In this document: positions 1 to 12,059 of the stretch, in pieces | Position numbering within the stretch: position 1 is the first letter of the stretch | Layout of the letters: each line of letters starts with the position of its first letter | Assembly: GCF_964355755.1 (NCBI RefSeq) | Contig: NC_092672.1 | Span: 7,378,001 to 7,442,000 of the forward strand | Source of the DNA: Antedon mediterranea | Lineage: Eukaryota > Animalia > Echinodermata | Direction: 5' to 3' | Length of the DNA stretch: 64,000 nt | Notes under the pieces: generated by a model | Databases searched by the model: none | Told to the model about the DNA's origin: nothing | Seen by the model: the letters and a program-made list of their open reading frames with translations, nothing else | Position numbers and translations under genes: made by a program

Positions 1-19
1 TAAAATAATATCCACTCTT

Positions 20-165
20 TAAGCCTTGTCTACACTATCAAACTTTATGTGAAAAAAATGTGCTGTGACATGATGTCATATCACTACTATATTTGGGAAT
101 ATCACTATCACACTAGCACATCACACTTTTTTGTCAAAGTAGTTTGATAGTATAGACAAAACTTT
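20..165. mobile_element. Palindromic MITE family A (PIF/Harbinger-like), diverged copy
   Basis: tgtctacactatcaaact...agtttgatagtatagaca termini shared with nine other copies in the window. Confidence 0.8.
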
Positions 166-180
166 ATACTTTTGACTAAC

Positions 181-3100
181 CTCTTCTGCTTCATTTCCTA
201 TCGTACGTGGTCTATTAATATATCGTTTCTTTTCCTTCATTGTGATTTTGTAATAGCCTTGTGTTCTCGCACACCCTGTATCATGCTGGCCCTGTTCATC
301 CTCTGTTTTTCTGCGCTTTTTTACAAATGCATTCTCCGGGAAGACAGTCAGTAAACATTGTTAAGGAAAGTAATATTATATTTGTAACAGTTTTTTATAT
401 TACACCTAAATAAATTCCTGTCATTTGATTGCACGATTGTGGGTCACATGGCTTTACCTCGTGGAAATAGAATTTCATCTTTCACCTCATGAAATTATAA
501 ACATTAATTATTTATATATTAATAAACTACATTGTTGGACTCTGTAATAGAAAGAACATTAGTTCTTTAATGAATCAATCAAACAGCACAATCTCACAAT
601 AAATAAGTCAAAAAAAGATATAAAAGTGATCTTAAAAGGATATCTGGATGGCTAACCCAATGGCAGTAATTAAGCCAAGAGTGTCTGTTGTCCTGAAGTA
701 ACATGCTGTATGTCTTGCGCAGAAAGCAAGCATCTTCCAAGTCGATACCAGTAGCAAGGATCTCGTACAGCTTCTGCCATTCATCGTAATAGTTCCTAGG
801 ATGAAAGAGAGGCACCTGAGCTTCTTTTTCTTGCTCTGCACGTTGGATCTGCTCCTCAATGATGGTCTCAAGCTCTGTCTTCTTTCGTTTCCTTTTCTTG
901 GTTGGTTTGACATCTTCTGGTGGTGTGTCAGCCTCTACTGGTGCCGATCCAACTTCTGCCTCAGACTTTGGTGCTGCAACCTTTTTGTCTTTTTCTGGTT
1001 GACTGTAGGAATGCTCAATTTCCATTGTGGTAGGTGGAGGTGCTGGAGGTGGTGAAGGCATCTTACAGTAGCTGTGATCCATAAGCATCATATCACGCAG
1101 ACTTGGTTCCTGTGGACGAGAGTATATTTTTATATTTCTTAATCAGAATGTGGTCTCTAATTTTAGAGAATATTTCACTGGAAGGGATTGATTGATTGAT
1201 AGATTAAGGGGGTGGGTGTCGTCCTGAGAACAAGGTGTAGGGTTATTTAAAACTTCTGTTTTTGCGATTTATTAAAACCAATAAATATAACAGAAAAGTT
1301 CACACTGTTACCTCATCAGCACTTTCAGTTTTTTCTGATGAATCTTCTGGTTTTTCTTCCTCATCTCCTCCTTCACTTTCCAACTCCCTAGCCTTTGAAG
1401 CCATCTCCACCAAGATCTCAAATGCATCAAGACCTGGACTTTCCTGCTTGCTTGTTTTGTTAGCTGCTTCTTTGGCCTTCTGTGAGGTAGACTTTGCTGC
1501 TTTTTCTTTGATCCTATACATGTATAAAGAAATGTACATCATAAGAAAATTGCCACCTTTCAAAACAATAGTACCAGTGGTTAGCAACAACAAATACTTT
1601 AATGAAATGCATACTGTAATGCATACAGATAAAGCTTATTCCAAAATCATATTTTAAAATCGAAAGAGTGTTAATGATGACATATATTATTATTTATAAC
1701 AATAGTTTGTTTTATCATTCTTACTTTACTGGCAGCTTTCCCTTGGCAATCGTGTCTCCATTTACCATGTCAGGTACTATTGATACATCCAGTTTAGCCT
1801 TCAATCCATCATCTGTATCTCTGAAAAAACAACAACAAATAACAATGAAACATATTGTAATATTTACAATAATTTTAACTGAAATGATAACCTATGCCAG
1901 CCAAATAATTTGAGAAGAATCATGCTGTGGTATTTAAATATCATGAGCAGATGAAAATAAAATTTAATGGATTTTCTATCAACACAAAAACGTTTTGGTT
2001 GTTTAATTGCTTGATCAACTTACTTGTCTTCCGTTTCCACATCAACCTCCTCATCTTCTTCCTCATCTTCTGAAGATGATGATGATTCACTTGTTTCTGA
2101 CTGGGTCTCCTCCCACTCTTCTTCCGACTCATCATCCTCCTCTCCATCTGAGCTACCAGCTGTGCTGTAAATTTCTGAAAAAACCAAAGTGAAATTCGTT
2201 CGTTTATAAAGGAAATTCTCCACACATAAAAACTTACATAATAAACAAGCACAAACTATCATTAACGGTACAAAAAGAGGGCTCTAAGATTACATGTACA
2301 TATAAATGGCACAATATATTTCTGAATTCCACACATTTCAATAAAACAATGAAACAAAGCAAAACCATCAGATTACCAAAGATAGGAGCACAGATCTCCA
2401 ACAGAGACCAGGTTCACCACCTAAACCTAGTTCCAACCCTTAACCACCCTCACCCGACCCTATTGTTTGACCATCAAGATCCAGGCTAGCCACATCTTAG
2501 GCTTATCCTTTGTGCTTAAGGTCATGTTTTGTGTCGGTCTGATTTTACAGCAGGTGTACAGACTTCAGCAAACACCCACCAAGATTACAGACCGCTCCCT
2601 AAACTAAACTCTGATTTCTCGTGGGAGTTCTAGGCTAGGTGGCTTGTGAACCGATGTCTATTGAAACTTCACTATAAGATACTCATCATGTGGTTTGTGA
2701 CATTGAATAGCATGTGGTAAAAATGAAGGATGGCAAGTATCTAATGACAGTTCCCAACCTTTTTAATGGAAACTGTTATTGTAAAAAAACATATCTCTAG
2801 TTCCACTACCAAAACCAGTATGTGAACACTCCAGAGTGTGATGCAAATTGTAAGGGGTACAGTCAACTCTCTCAATACCAGACACCTTTGGGCTGGCCAA
2901 ATACTGTACTGTATGTCTGGTTTTCTGGAAAGGCTGGTAGTGTATTGAGAATGTGTTTATAATGGTAACATTGAATTTAGGATTGTTTGGACAAAAAAAG
3001 TCCGGTATTGAGAGAGTTGACTGTACCATCAAAAATGTTTTAACCATACCTTCATCAGATGCTTCTGCTGATTTCGCCTCTAATCCTCGTTTTCTTCTGT

Positions 3101-6100
3101 GTAGTAATGCCATCAGGTCTTTTTCAATGTCATCGTCATCATCATCTTCCTTTTCACTCTCAGAGCTTCTATACTTCTTGGATGGTTTGGGTGAACCAGA
3201 AGTCTGGCTCAAGTCATCAACTTTGTCTTGCTCAGCATCTTAAGGAATTAAAAATAAACATTTTTTACATCTCATTTTTAAATTATTCATGACTGACTGT
3301 TTTTTAACATAGAACCACAGTTAACAATTTCTTCAAAAAAAGAGAAAGGTGCATTTTACTTCCCATATCACTGATTTGATACAACCTTTCCTAATACTCT
3401 ATTGATTATAAGCGTTGATTATTTACCCGAGTCTTCATCTTGGTCCGATCCAACAGATCGACGTCTTTGTCTTCGTTTTTCCTCTTTAAGATCCTCATCT
3501 GTAGGTTTTCGTTTAACCTTTTAAAAGAAAAAAAGATTGTTAACCATGTAAATAGAGCAGAGCAACAAGAATCAAAACAAAACAGGAGGTTTTTTAGCCC
3601 CTTGCTTTATACTAGAGCCATGACTGCTTCCTTCAACATTGACCCCACTTACCTTGAATGAAGGCATACGTGGCATTGCGGCACGAAGGCCAAGACCAAT
3701 ATCAAGCCTATTGAATCCAACAGATTTGTTGATTGATTTACTCCATTCAGTTGTGTTCTCAAGACTTGATAGTATTGATCTGCCTGCCACCTGGCTTTTG
3801 ATAGGTTCTGTTTCTGGTTTTGAAGGCTACAAAGAAATTGTCCATAAAATAATTAATTCATTTGTTTAAATTTAAAATGAATAATTAAAAGCAATTTACA
3901 GTATACAGACAAAAACTTTTTCGCTGTAAAAAAAAGAATTTACTTGTCTGTTTAAACTTCCCTCATGTTCATCCAATTTCAACTGCAACATATTACATAC
4001 ACATTTTAATTACCTTTGATTTCTCAACACAATCGTCCCACCAATTCTCAAGGCATTTGAAGGCAGATGTTTCCACCATTTTACGACAGAGATCTTTCTT
4101 CATAACATTCTTCAGTTCCGAGACCAGCTGTGTCATAGCTTCGTCAAGGGTAGCCTGACGTGGATCACTCTTAGGCGGTGACTGCTGCCATTGCTGCTGT
4201 TGTTGCTGGTTCTGGTATTGCTGGAATACATTTTGGTTCTGCATTTGATTCTGATTGAAACCCATGCCTTGATTCCAGTTATTTCCTGGCGTTTGGTTTC
4301 GCCACTGATCATAGTAATTGGTTGGCGGTGAACTAAAAGTTTGGGGCATCATGCCTTGGTTGAAGTTTCCTCCAGGCTGTGGCTGCCAAATCCCCATTCT
4401 AGCCATCATCTGGTAATGAGGATGCTGCTCCATGCTGGCTTGTGACTGTTCTTGCTGTTGATTAGTATTAAACTGACCAGGATGCTGAAACCCTGGAGTG
4501 AAATTGCCAAGGTTAACTGGGAAGCCTCCAGGCCCTTGACTCCCTTGGAACCCCATGTTAAAAGTCGGAGAACCAAAAGGACCTGGAAACCCAGGGTAGC
4601 CTTGTCCCATAGGAAAATTTGGCGGTGGTACATTCATTTCAAAGTTTTGTTGTTGAAATTGATTAAACTGGGTATTGAAATTGTTCATAGTTGACATGTT
4701 GAAATTGTTCCATATATTAACATTGTTCTGACTTTTTATCCCTGAATTTTCTTGTATTTCTGGATTGCCTTCTGACAAAAGAACTTTATTAATTCCATCA
4801 TCACTGATGGGTGACATACTCATGTCATCAGAAGCTGTACTCTGCATCTCCATTGGAACTGTGCCCCCGTCTGCATTACCATTCTATAAAAGATTATAAC
4901 AAAATGTTTGGTTACTTTTCTTGTCACAAGGTTTTAGTCTACTTGCTGAAGGCTATTGGGAGCAAGCAGTAGCTATTTCTCTCTAAGCAATCTTTAAACA
5001 ATATACAGTACTTTTTTTTTAATACTAAAAACAAATTAGATATTTCCAAACTTACTAGGAAATAATAATATATGTATATACTGTACCTGATTACTTTTAT
5101 CATCTAACTTATCAAGTTCTGTGTTGTCAGTGGGACTCTGCTTAATACTTGACTCGCGACTACTGATATCGCTTGTCTGACCAGCAAAAAAGCTGTCCAA
5201 CAGAGACTTTGAATTGACTGTGGTTGAAGGTTCATCAACTGATTCAGATTTTACGTTCCCTTCAATGGGAGACAGTTTATCATACATGAAACCAGGCGAG
5301 GAAGAGCCTTTGTAATGTGTTTTTTGGTTATCAAAACCATCCTTAGGAGAGCCTCTTTTATTTTTTCTAAAGTTAGAACGCAACAAACTTCTATCACTTG
5401 GACTTTCATTGCTGTAATGATCGTTATGAGACCCTCTCCGAAACTCTTCACTACTTTCTCTGGAATGTTGAAAATGTTCTCTTTCTGAATGCCTAGTGTC
5501 TTTTCTATGACGGTCTTTATGTCTATCTTTTTTACCATAATCTGATGCCTGATCGGAATCAGTCTCTAAATATTTACTCCTTGATACAACTTTTTCTGGT
5601 TCTGACGAATCTGCAAGTTCGCCTTCTGATATAGAATCGGTACTGGCACGGGTCTTTTTTAAAATGGCTGCTATTCTAGAGTCTAATGTTCCTCCTATAG
5701 CAGTATCTGAGGAAAGATCTGCTGACATTTCACCCTCTTTTTTAATACCAGAGTCTTTTGAAATGTCTTTAACTTGAAAATTCTGTTCAATGGAAGTTAC
5801 ATCGTGTTCATCTTGCGTTGGTGTACCTTGACCATCATCATCAACTACTGCATCTTCTACTTTAATTGTAGTACCTTCCCAAGGTTTCTCCACCACTTTT
5901 TCTGGGTCTTTGGATTTACTTCTTTTCAATCTACCTTCTCTAGAAGTATCATCTCTTTTTCTATCATCCTTCCACCGATCGTCCCTTCGTCGATCACCTT
6001 TATCATCTCTCCTTCGGTCATCTTTATACCTATCGTGTCGGTATCGGTCATCCCTATTGTATTGATCTGGCTTTCTTTCATCTCTGCCGTATTGATCCGG

Positions 6101-9100
6101 TTTTCTTTCATCTCTGCCGTATTGATCTGTTTTTCTGTCATCTTTATTATAATGATCATTTTTTCTGTCATCTCTACTATATTGATTCCTCCGATCATCT
6201 CTTCTCCTATCATCTCGTCGATCGCTTCGTCTGTCATCTCTCCATCTATCATCATCTCTTCTCCAGTCATCGTCATCATCATCCAAATCTTTGTCATCCT
6301 CTCTTCTACTTTTCTTTTTCTTATTTTTCTTTTTCTGTCGTTTGTTCCTATAATTGTCTCCTCTACTACTATTATCAAATTGTCCAAAGTTTCCTTGATT
6401 TTGATTTGGTCCATCATTGAATCTGTTATCAAACATTTGTTGCTGTGCCTGGAAACCTTGTTCCATTTGGTTACCAAACTGTTGATTTATTGCTGCTCCT
6501 TGAAAATTTTGATTCCAATTTCCAAATTGCTGGTTGTTGAAATTTCCCTGCTGATTTTGAAAACCCATCATATTGTTCTGATCATTACTTTGAAAACCAA
6601 AGTCACCTTGAGGTTGACCAAACTGAGCGTTCCATTGCTGTTGATTACCAAATCCTATGTTTTGTTGCATTTGTTCTTGAAATTGTTGATTAAAATTAGA
6701 ACCACCAGCAGGAAACCCTTGCGCAGAATTTCCTTGGGGAAAGCACATTGGATTCATTCCATGCATATCTTGCTGATTAAAATTAAATTGTTGTTGCTGC
6801 TGCTGTTGTTGTGCTTGGTTGGTAAATATCTGATTTTGCATCATATTTGGGAAATTTATAGCATCAGATGGCGTGTTAAAACCAGACACTTGTGGAGTTT
6901 CTTCAGGACGTCCATCTCCAGTTCCTTGTGGAATTGAAGAAGGAATTCCAAACTCAGCACCTTGAAAATTCATGGCAGCAATTCGTTCATCCAGACTAGA
7001 AAAATTACCAGACTCCTGAGATCCAGGCTGGGTCGTAGTACTTGGCTCAGAGCTCATACTTTTTGGCGTATCTGGCTCCTTAAATTTAAATGCATGTTCC
7101 GATTTTGGTGTTGGAGTAGGAGTCGGAACAGAATCACTCACATAGCCAAGAGAAGCAAGTTCAGGAGGTGGACGTGCTGCCTCAGAAGAGAGCCTTCTAG
7201 GGTCTTTCCCTCGAGGCAATTCAGGAGTTTTTTTGCCACCATATCGAGGGTCATAAGGTGTGGAACCACTACTGCTGCTTGGTGTACTTGCTTTGCCAGT
7301 CGTAAGGCAATCAAAGATTCTTTCACATTCTTTACCTTTAAGAAACAAGAAAGGTATGTGTTATTTATAATATTTTTTGGCTTTTGTATAATGTAGAGTT
7401 TCAATTTCATAAAAAATAGATATAAGTCAAGAGAAGAAATTCTATGTTGCTATTCTGCTTTGTCACGCAGTCATTACATTTATGAAGAAACTGTTATCTT
7501 TTATTATACTGTATATAATATGTTATGTACAGAATTTGTTATTTACATATTGCCACTGAATATTATATATTTGATTTGTTATATGATACATTTTATGATA
7601 AATAGTTTTATTTATTGTAGTATTTTAATCGACATTTTAGGATTTTATATTTATATATTGTATGGCATTTTTATCGTATTTTATATTTTATGTACTGTAT
7701 CCATTTTATATTTGTATGTACTGTACTTTGAAAAGGCCAACAGAGTTTCCCCATGGGGATAAAAAAGTTTTAATTGAATTGAATAAATATAAAAGATAAA
7801 AAACTAAATTTAACAAACCTCCAGCATCAACCTGTACAATAATGATTTTGCCCATGACAGACATTCGGTTAAGTTCGCCAGCTGCGACCTTTGCTGCCCT
7901 CGTAGTGGTAAATGTAACTGTAGCCAAACCCAAATGTTTGTTTGTTTTAGGATGGTGCATAATATTGACATCTTCAATTATTCCAAATTTATCACAAAGG
8001 TCTCGTAAAAACCTTTCTTTTACATTATCATTCAGGTTGGTAAATGTTATCTGTTTTGGAGGGACTTCACCAATATAATATTTATCAAACTGTGAAAAAA
8101 AAGGTCTTAATGTTTTAATATGGTCAAGTTCATTGGCACATCCAGTGGCAAAGTTGTTTTTAACAATGAAAGAGGTTCACATTTCAGTGTTATAAGGATT
8201 TACTTTATTAAACTTATTTAAAAGAGAAAACCCAAAAAAGAAAGAATATAAAATACAATATACCAAAAGACATTACAGTAGTAGTGTTTTGTATAAAGTT
8301 TATAGATTATTGCAGAAAAAAATGTTGATGATGATGTCCAAATATGAGCAGACAATATCCCACCACAAAGAAATAGAAGGCCCATCTGTTTTTTTTTCTT
8401 ACCAACCCAGTCCCTATCTCATAAATTTATACACAAAAAAGTAAAGCTATTTTGTATTGTAAATGTGCGATTAATTTATTTATTCAACCTACCAGTGCAA
8501 GTCAATCCCATTTTCAAAGTTAATTGTTTTCATGCAAAAAATGGTATAAATACCATCACAAAGTAAATATATGTACAGTAATACAATATATATAAACTTT
8601 CACATACACTATTTCAAATCACAAATGTTACCTTAAATTTTGGTATTGGTAAATCAGCTTTTTCCCTTCTCCATAATCGACTAATCTTTGACCTTGGATC
8701 TCGTAACATAGGACTTGGAAAAACATTGGCCTAAATAAAAAAATAATAAAATTGTAGTTTTCAACACTAATACACCAGAAGCACATTTTGGGGGTATAAA
8801 CAGAGGTATCAGTCAGAGGAAAAATGGCAAAAGGCTTCTACTTTCGAGATGTATTTGGTTAGTCTATATATTGTTTTGACAACTTTGTAATATAACCAGA
8901 TTTTGTCAATGACATACCAGGGAATAATTTTGCCAGTGTAGCATAGCAAAAAGCTATACAAAACAACCTTATTGCTACACATTTCTAAAATTATGTAGCA
9001 AAAAAGACAATACAAAACTATGTTTCTCGACTAAAAAATCAGTTTGATTAGCAATACTTGCTAAACAAAATTTTAAAATGAAATTTTTCTCTGCATACAG

Positions 9101-10312
9101 TCAACTCTCCCAATACCGGAACCTTTGGGTTGGCCTAATATCTCTGGTTTTCTGAAAAGTCTGCTATTCTGAATGCGTTTCTAATGGTAAAATGAATTTA
9201 GGACTTTTTAAATGGCAAGGAAAGTCTTGTTTTGGGAGAGTTTACGCAGGAGTTTACGGTTTTCAGAGAGCCTGGTATTAGAGAAGTTCACTGTATTTCT
9301 AAAATGTCGCAATGTCAAAAGCTGATATTTTTTATTGACAGTAGGCATACATTAACAAATTCTCAAAATAGTTTTTGTATTTCATCTTATTGACTTTACA
9401 ATTCAAGTCCATTAAAATAAATAGTAATAACTATTTTGAGAATTTGTAATAATAACTACTGTACTGTCAATATCTCTCTCAACTTGTTGCTAAAAATTAA
9501 AGCATAAACATTGGTACTGTATTGAGGTTAAAATATCCATAACAAAGTATGTATTATAAAAATCACAATTCCTTGTGGGTTCTTAGAATTTCCACACCTA
9601 TTTAAACAAATAGATTTAGATTTCAGTTCAGAGGATCTATAGAGATTTATAACTTATTTTTGAAAAAGATTTAAGTTATAATATAAATATGAAGTTAGAC
9701 ACAGTACAATGGTAGGGCCTGCCATGCTTACAGAAAGTTGATTTTGAAAAGGATAAACTGTAATTAAAAAAAATAAATTTGGTAAATAGTATATAATTAG
9801 GCAATACTTTCTTTAATTATCGAAATCTGTGGAGAAATATTGGTAATATTATTTGTTGGGAGGAAATGAGAGGCTACAGATAAAAAAATAAAACATTTTA
9901 TGTTAGAAAATAAACATTGTTTGACGTCAGATCTTTAATTTCGGTCCAGGCTTCATTGAATGAGTTGTATGTCTTACCAAGGGCCCATGGATAAGACCAT
10001 CATATCTGTAAACTTTCTGTTGTCCTTTCTTGATGAACGGATCGATCATCAACCTGTAGTTTTTCCACTTCTTTTCTGGATGATGTCCACTTGCACTTGG
10101 GTTGTCCATGCCATTTGTATCTGAAATGATAAGAAGAATCAATCAATCATGTTTTTGTGATATTAGTAGATTTTTAAATGTTCAAACTGGGTAAATTTTT
10201 GCACAAAATTTGAATATGAAATTTTGATTTTGTTGTGTTTTGTTGTTGAGGGAGATAGAAACTCACTAGATGAAATAGATTGCCTTCCATGTGAAGAATG
10301 AAAGTCTTCCAT
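181..10312 (-). CDS. SETD1: SETD1A/B-like histone H3K4 methyltransferase (COMPASS catalytic subunit); 3' end with SET domain lies outside the window
   Basis: Phase-consistent exons (minus): 10312-10267, 10120-9978, 8730-8632, 8089-7819, 7335-5087, 4883-4014, 3826-3653, 3517-3427, 3238-3050, 2174-2024, 1820-1725, 1513-1312, 1109-644, 350-181. Motifs: KWKNYRLMIDPFIKKGQQKVYRYDG, PKFKFDKYYIG followed by an RRM (ITFTNLNDNV..KHLGLATVTF), ELKNVMKKDLCRKMVETSAFKCLENWW, LGLRAAMPRMPSFKV, DHSY/EHSY motifs, WLNYCHWVSHP and WIN motif GCARTQGYY. Start at 10312 is inferred (in frame with a second ATG at 10109). Confidence 0.93.
351..643 (-). other. U12-type (minor spliceosome) AT-AC intron in SETD1
   Basis: Donor ATATCCTTTT from 643; branch site TTCCTTAAC at 368-360; acceptor AC at 352-351; splicing keeps the frame (HP-V-TVFPE...GCARTQGY). 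Confidence 0.92.
2405..2655. mobile_element. Decayed inverted-repeat element in a SETD1 intron
   Basis: ggttcaccacctaaacctag ... ctaggctaggtggcttgtgaacc imperfect terminal inverted repeats. Confidence 0.4.
2860..3023. mobile_element. MITE family C (Tc1/pogo-like)
   Basis: TA|cagtcaactctctcaatacc ... ggtattgagagagttgactg|TA. Confidence 0.85.
6050..6200 (-). repeat. Coding 30-bp tandem repeat (DERKPDQYGR-like units) in the large SETD1 exon
   Basis: About 5 diverged 10-aa units (RDDRKNDHYN, KDDRKTDQYG, RDERKPDQYG, RDERKPDQYN) inside an R/D-rich tract. Confidence 0.75.
9098..9293. mobile_element. MITE family C (Tc1/pogo-like)
   Basis: TA|cagtcaactctcccaatacc ... ggtattagagaagttcactg|TA; interior similar to 2860-3023. 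Confidence 0.8.
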
Positions 10313-10377
10313 TATGATATCAAAACCCAATAACCAATCTGGGATACTTAAAGAACCATCAGATGACAAAAATGCAT

Positions 10378-10431
10378 TTAAACATGATAAAAATCATCTG
10401 ATGATACCAATTCTTCTTCAGTCTCCATCAT
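10378..10431 (-). promoter_or_regulatory. uORF (MMETEEELVSSDDFYHV*) in the SETD1 5' leader exon
   Basis: Acceptor ttttgctcag then gccATGATG; 17 codons plus TAA, ending 65 nt before the inferred main ATG (10312) in the same exon (10434-10267). Confidence 0.55.
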
Positions 10432-10769
10432 GGCCTGAGCAAAACATTACAAATCTCACACTGCTTGGGAAATACCCTTATGACCTCTATATACGACTAT
10501 TTGATTCGCCGATTCGATAAATATAAACTAAAAATATCAATCAAATTTATTTGAAAATAAATAAAAAATATTGAATAATAAAGTAATAATTATTATTTTA
10601 GGTACCTTTATGTGGTAATTGTGATATATTTATAGTTTTACTGTTAGTAAAATATAAATTCTTGGTACAAACAAAATTGTCAGGCTTAGCTTCGATGTAA
10701 GCTGGCCGTTGATTGGTTAATCCGTATAACAAAAAAACACATTAAGTAGCTATAGATGCTGGCATTTAC

Positions 10770-11040
10770 CTTATTTTCTGACCGTTCTAAGAACATACAT
10801 GTAAGTTACTCTTGCAAATGAGGTACATTGACAAACTGCGACGTTGGTGTTACTATCAATAGTTTTCAAAACGTGATGAAAACCCAACCATACCACTGCC
10901 AAACGTATAAATATACCGTGCGTCCATTTCTGTCGATGTCCAATCGAAATCAACGTACAATCGATAAAACGACTGTTGCTGCTGCCCTCTATGTGTTACT
11001 TTTCTCTATATTGCGTGGTTGGTCTTGTGGTGGCGCTATT
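10770..11040 (-). promoter_or_regulatory. Probable non-coding first exon / promoter of SETD1
   Basis: Strong donor aag|gtaaat ending at 10770; locally CpG-richer; contains short ATG-initiated ORFs. Confidence 0.45.
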
Positions 11041-12059
11041 TACAAATAATAAAAAAATCTCCTTAAAAAAATATTTCGGTTCGATTGAAGAACTTTTCAA
11101 GCGATTGAATTAGGGAGTTATATTAATTCATTTAATTAACATTCTGATATAATATAATTTACCAACATTAAAATGAACAAAAGAAAAATTATGTTAATTC
11201 AGTATGTTTATCCAAATGAATTTTCTTTAATTAAAGTTTTTTAACAAAACTAAAAAGGAATCAATTTTTGTTTATCAAAATGTATTGATGTAAAGTCTGT
11301 CCCAGCTGCAATTTTGCTCTTCATATGCAATATAACCAGAGAATGATACAAAAACAATATGATGAGATTTTCCTCCAGATAAACACAAATTATCAAAATA
11401 ATTACACCATCTGTACAATAATGGTCTTGAATATATTTATTGCCATTATTAAATATAAAACACTTTGAAGATAAATTTAAGTTCAACTTGAATAGTTTTT
11501 AACAATATTTTCAAAGGTTAGTTAGAGATTCGAAGTCATAAACTATATTTAAAATGGTAGAGGAGGCCTACTCCATTGTCAAATGTTAGAAAAAATACAT
11601 AATTTACATTTAATACAGAAAGGCTCAGGTTCTGTTTCCTTTAGATTATATGTCTACTCAAACCATTTTGCAATATTAAATATAACATAACATGTATGTT
11701 ATGAACAGCTTCTCTGTTTTCAGAGTACTCTTGTAGAAAATGTTAAATTTGCTGTCTGCATTTCAAAACCACTTGTTTAAACTTTTCATTAAGTTAAATA
11801 ACATAAAAAATATACAAATAAATTAATAATAATAGTGAGAATTAGTTTTCATTTTGTTTAAACAGTATTCTTAATCGTCAATTGTCAATTGTGCTGATTT
11901 ACTAAAGTTGTCATTTTTTTAAAGCACATACTTAATATACAACTTTGGTTTTGCTATCATCATTGCTTCCAATGTCACCCCTTTTTAAGCTTACTAATTT
12001 TCATAAAATATTGCCCTTGCTAAAAATGATATGATTTTAAAATAACATTAACTCTGATG

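Noticed and set aside
5774-6937. 387-aa plus-strand ORF and the 183-aa alternative-frame ORF
   Set aside because: Shadows of the low-complexity SETD1 exon; no domain features.
10354-10435. C/D-box snoRNA-like arrangement on the minus strand (ggccATGATGg...CTGA...ATGATT...CTGAtggtt, 82 nt)
   Set aside because: C box is imperfect, I found no convincing rRNA or snRNA guide, and the segment is better explained as the start of a spliced SETD1 leader exon with a uORF. A snoscan run would settle it.
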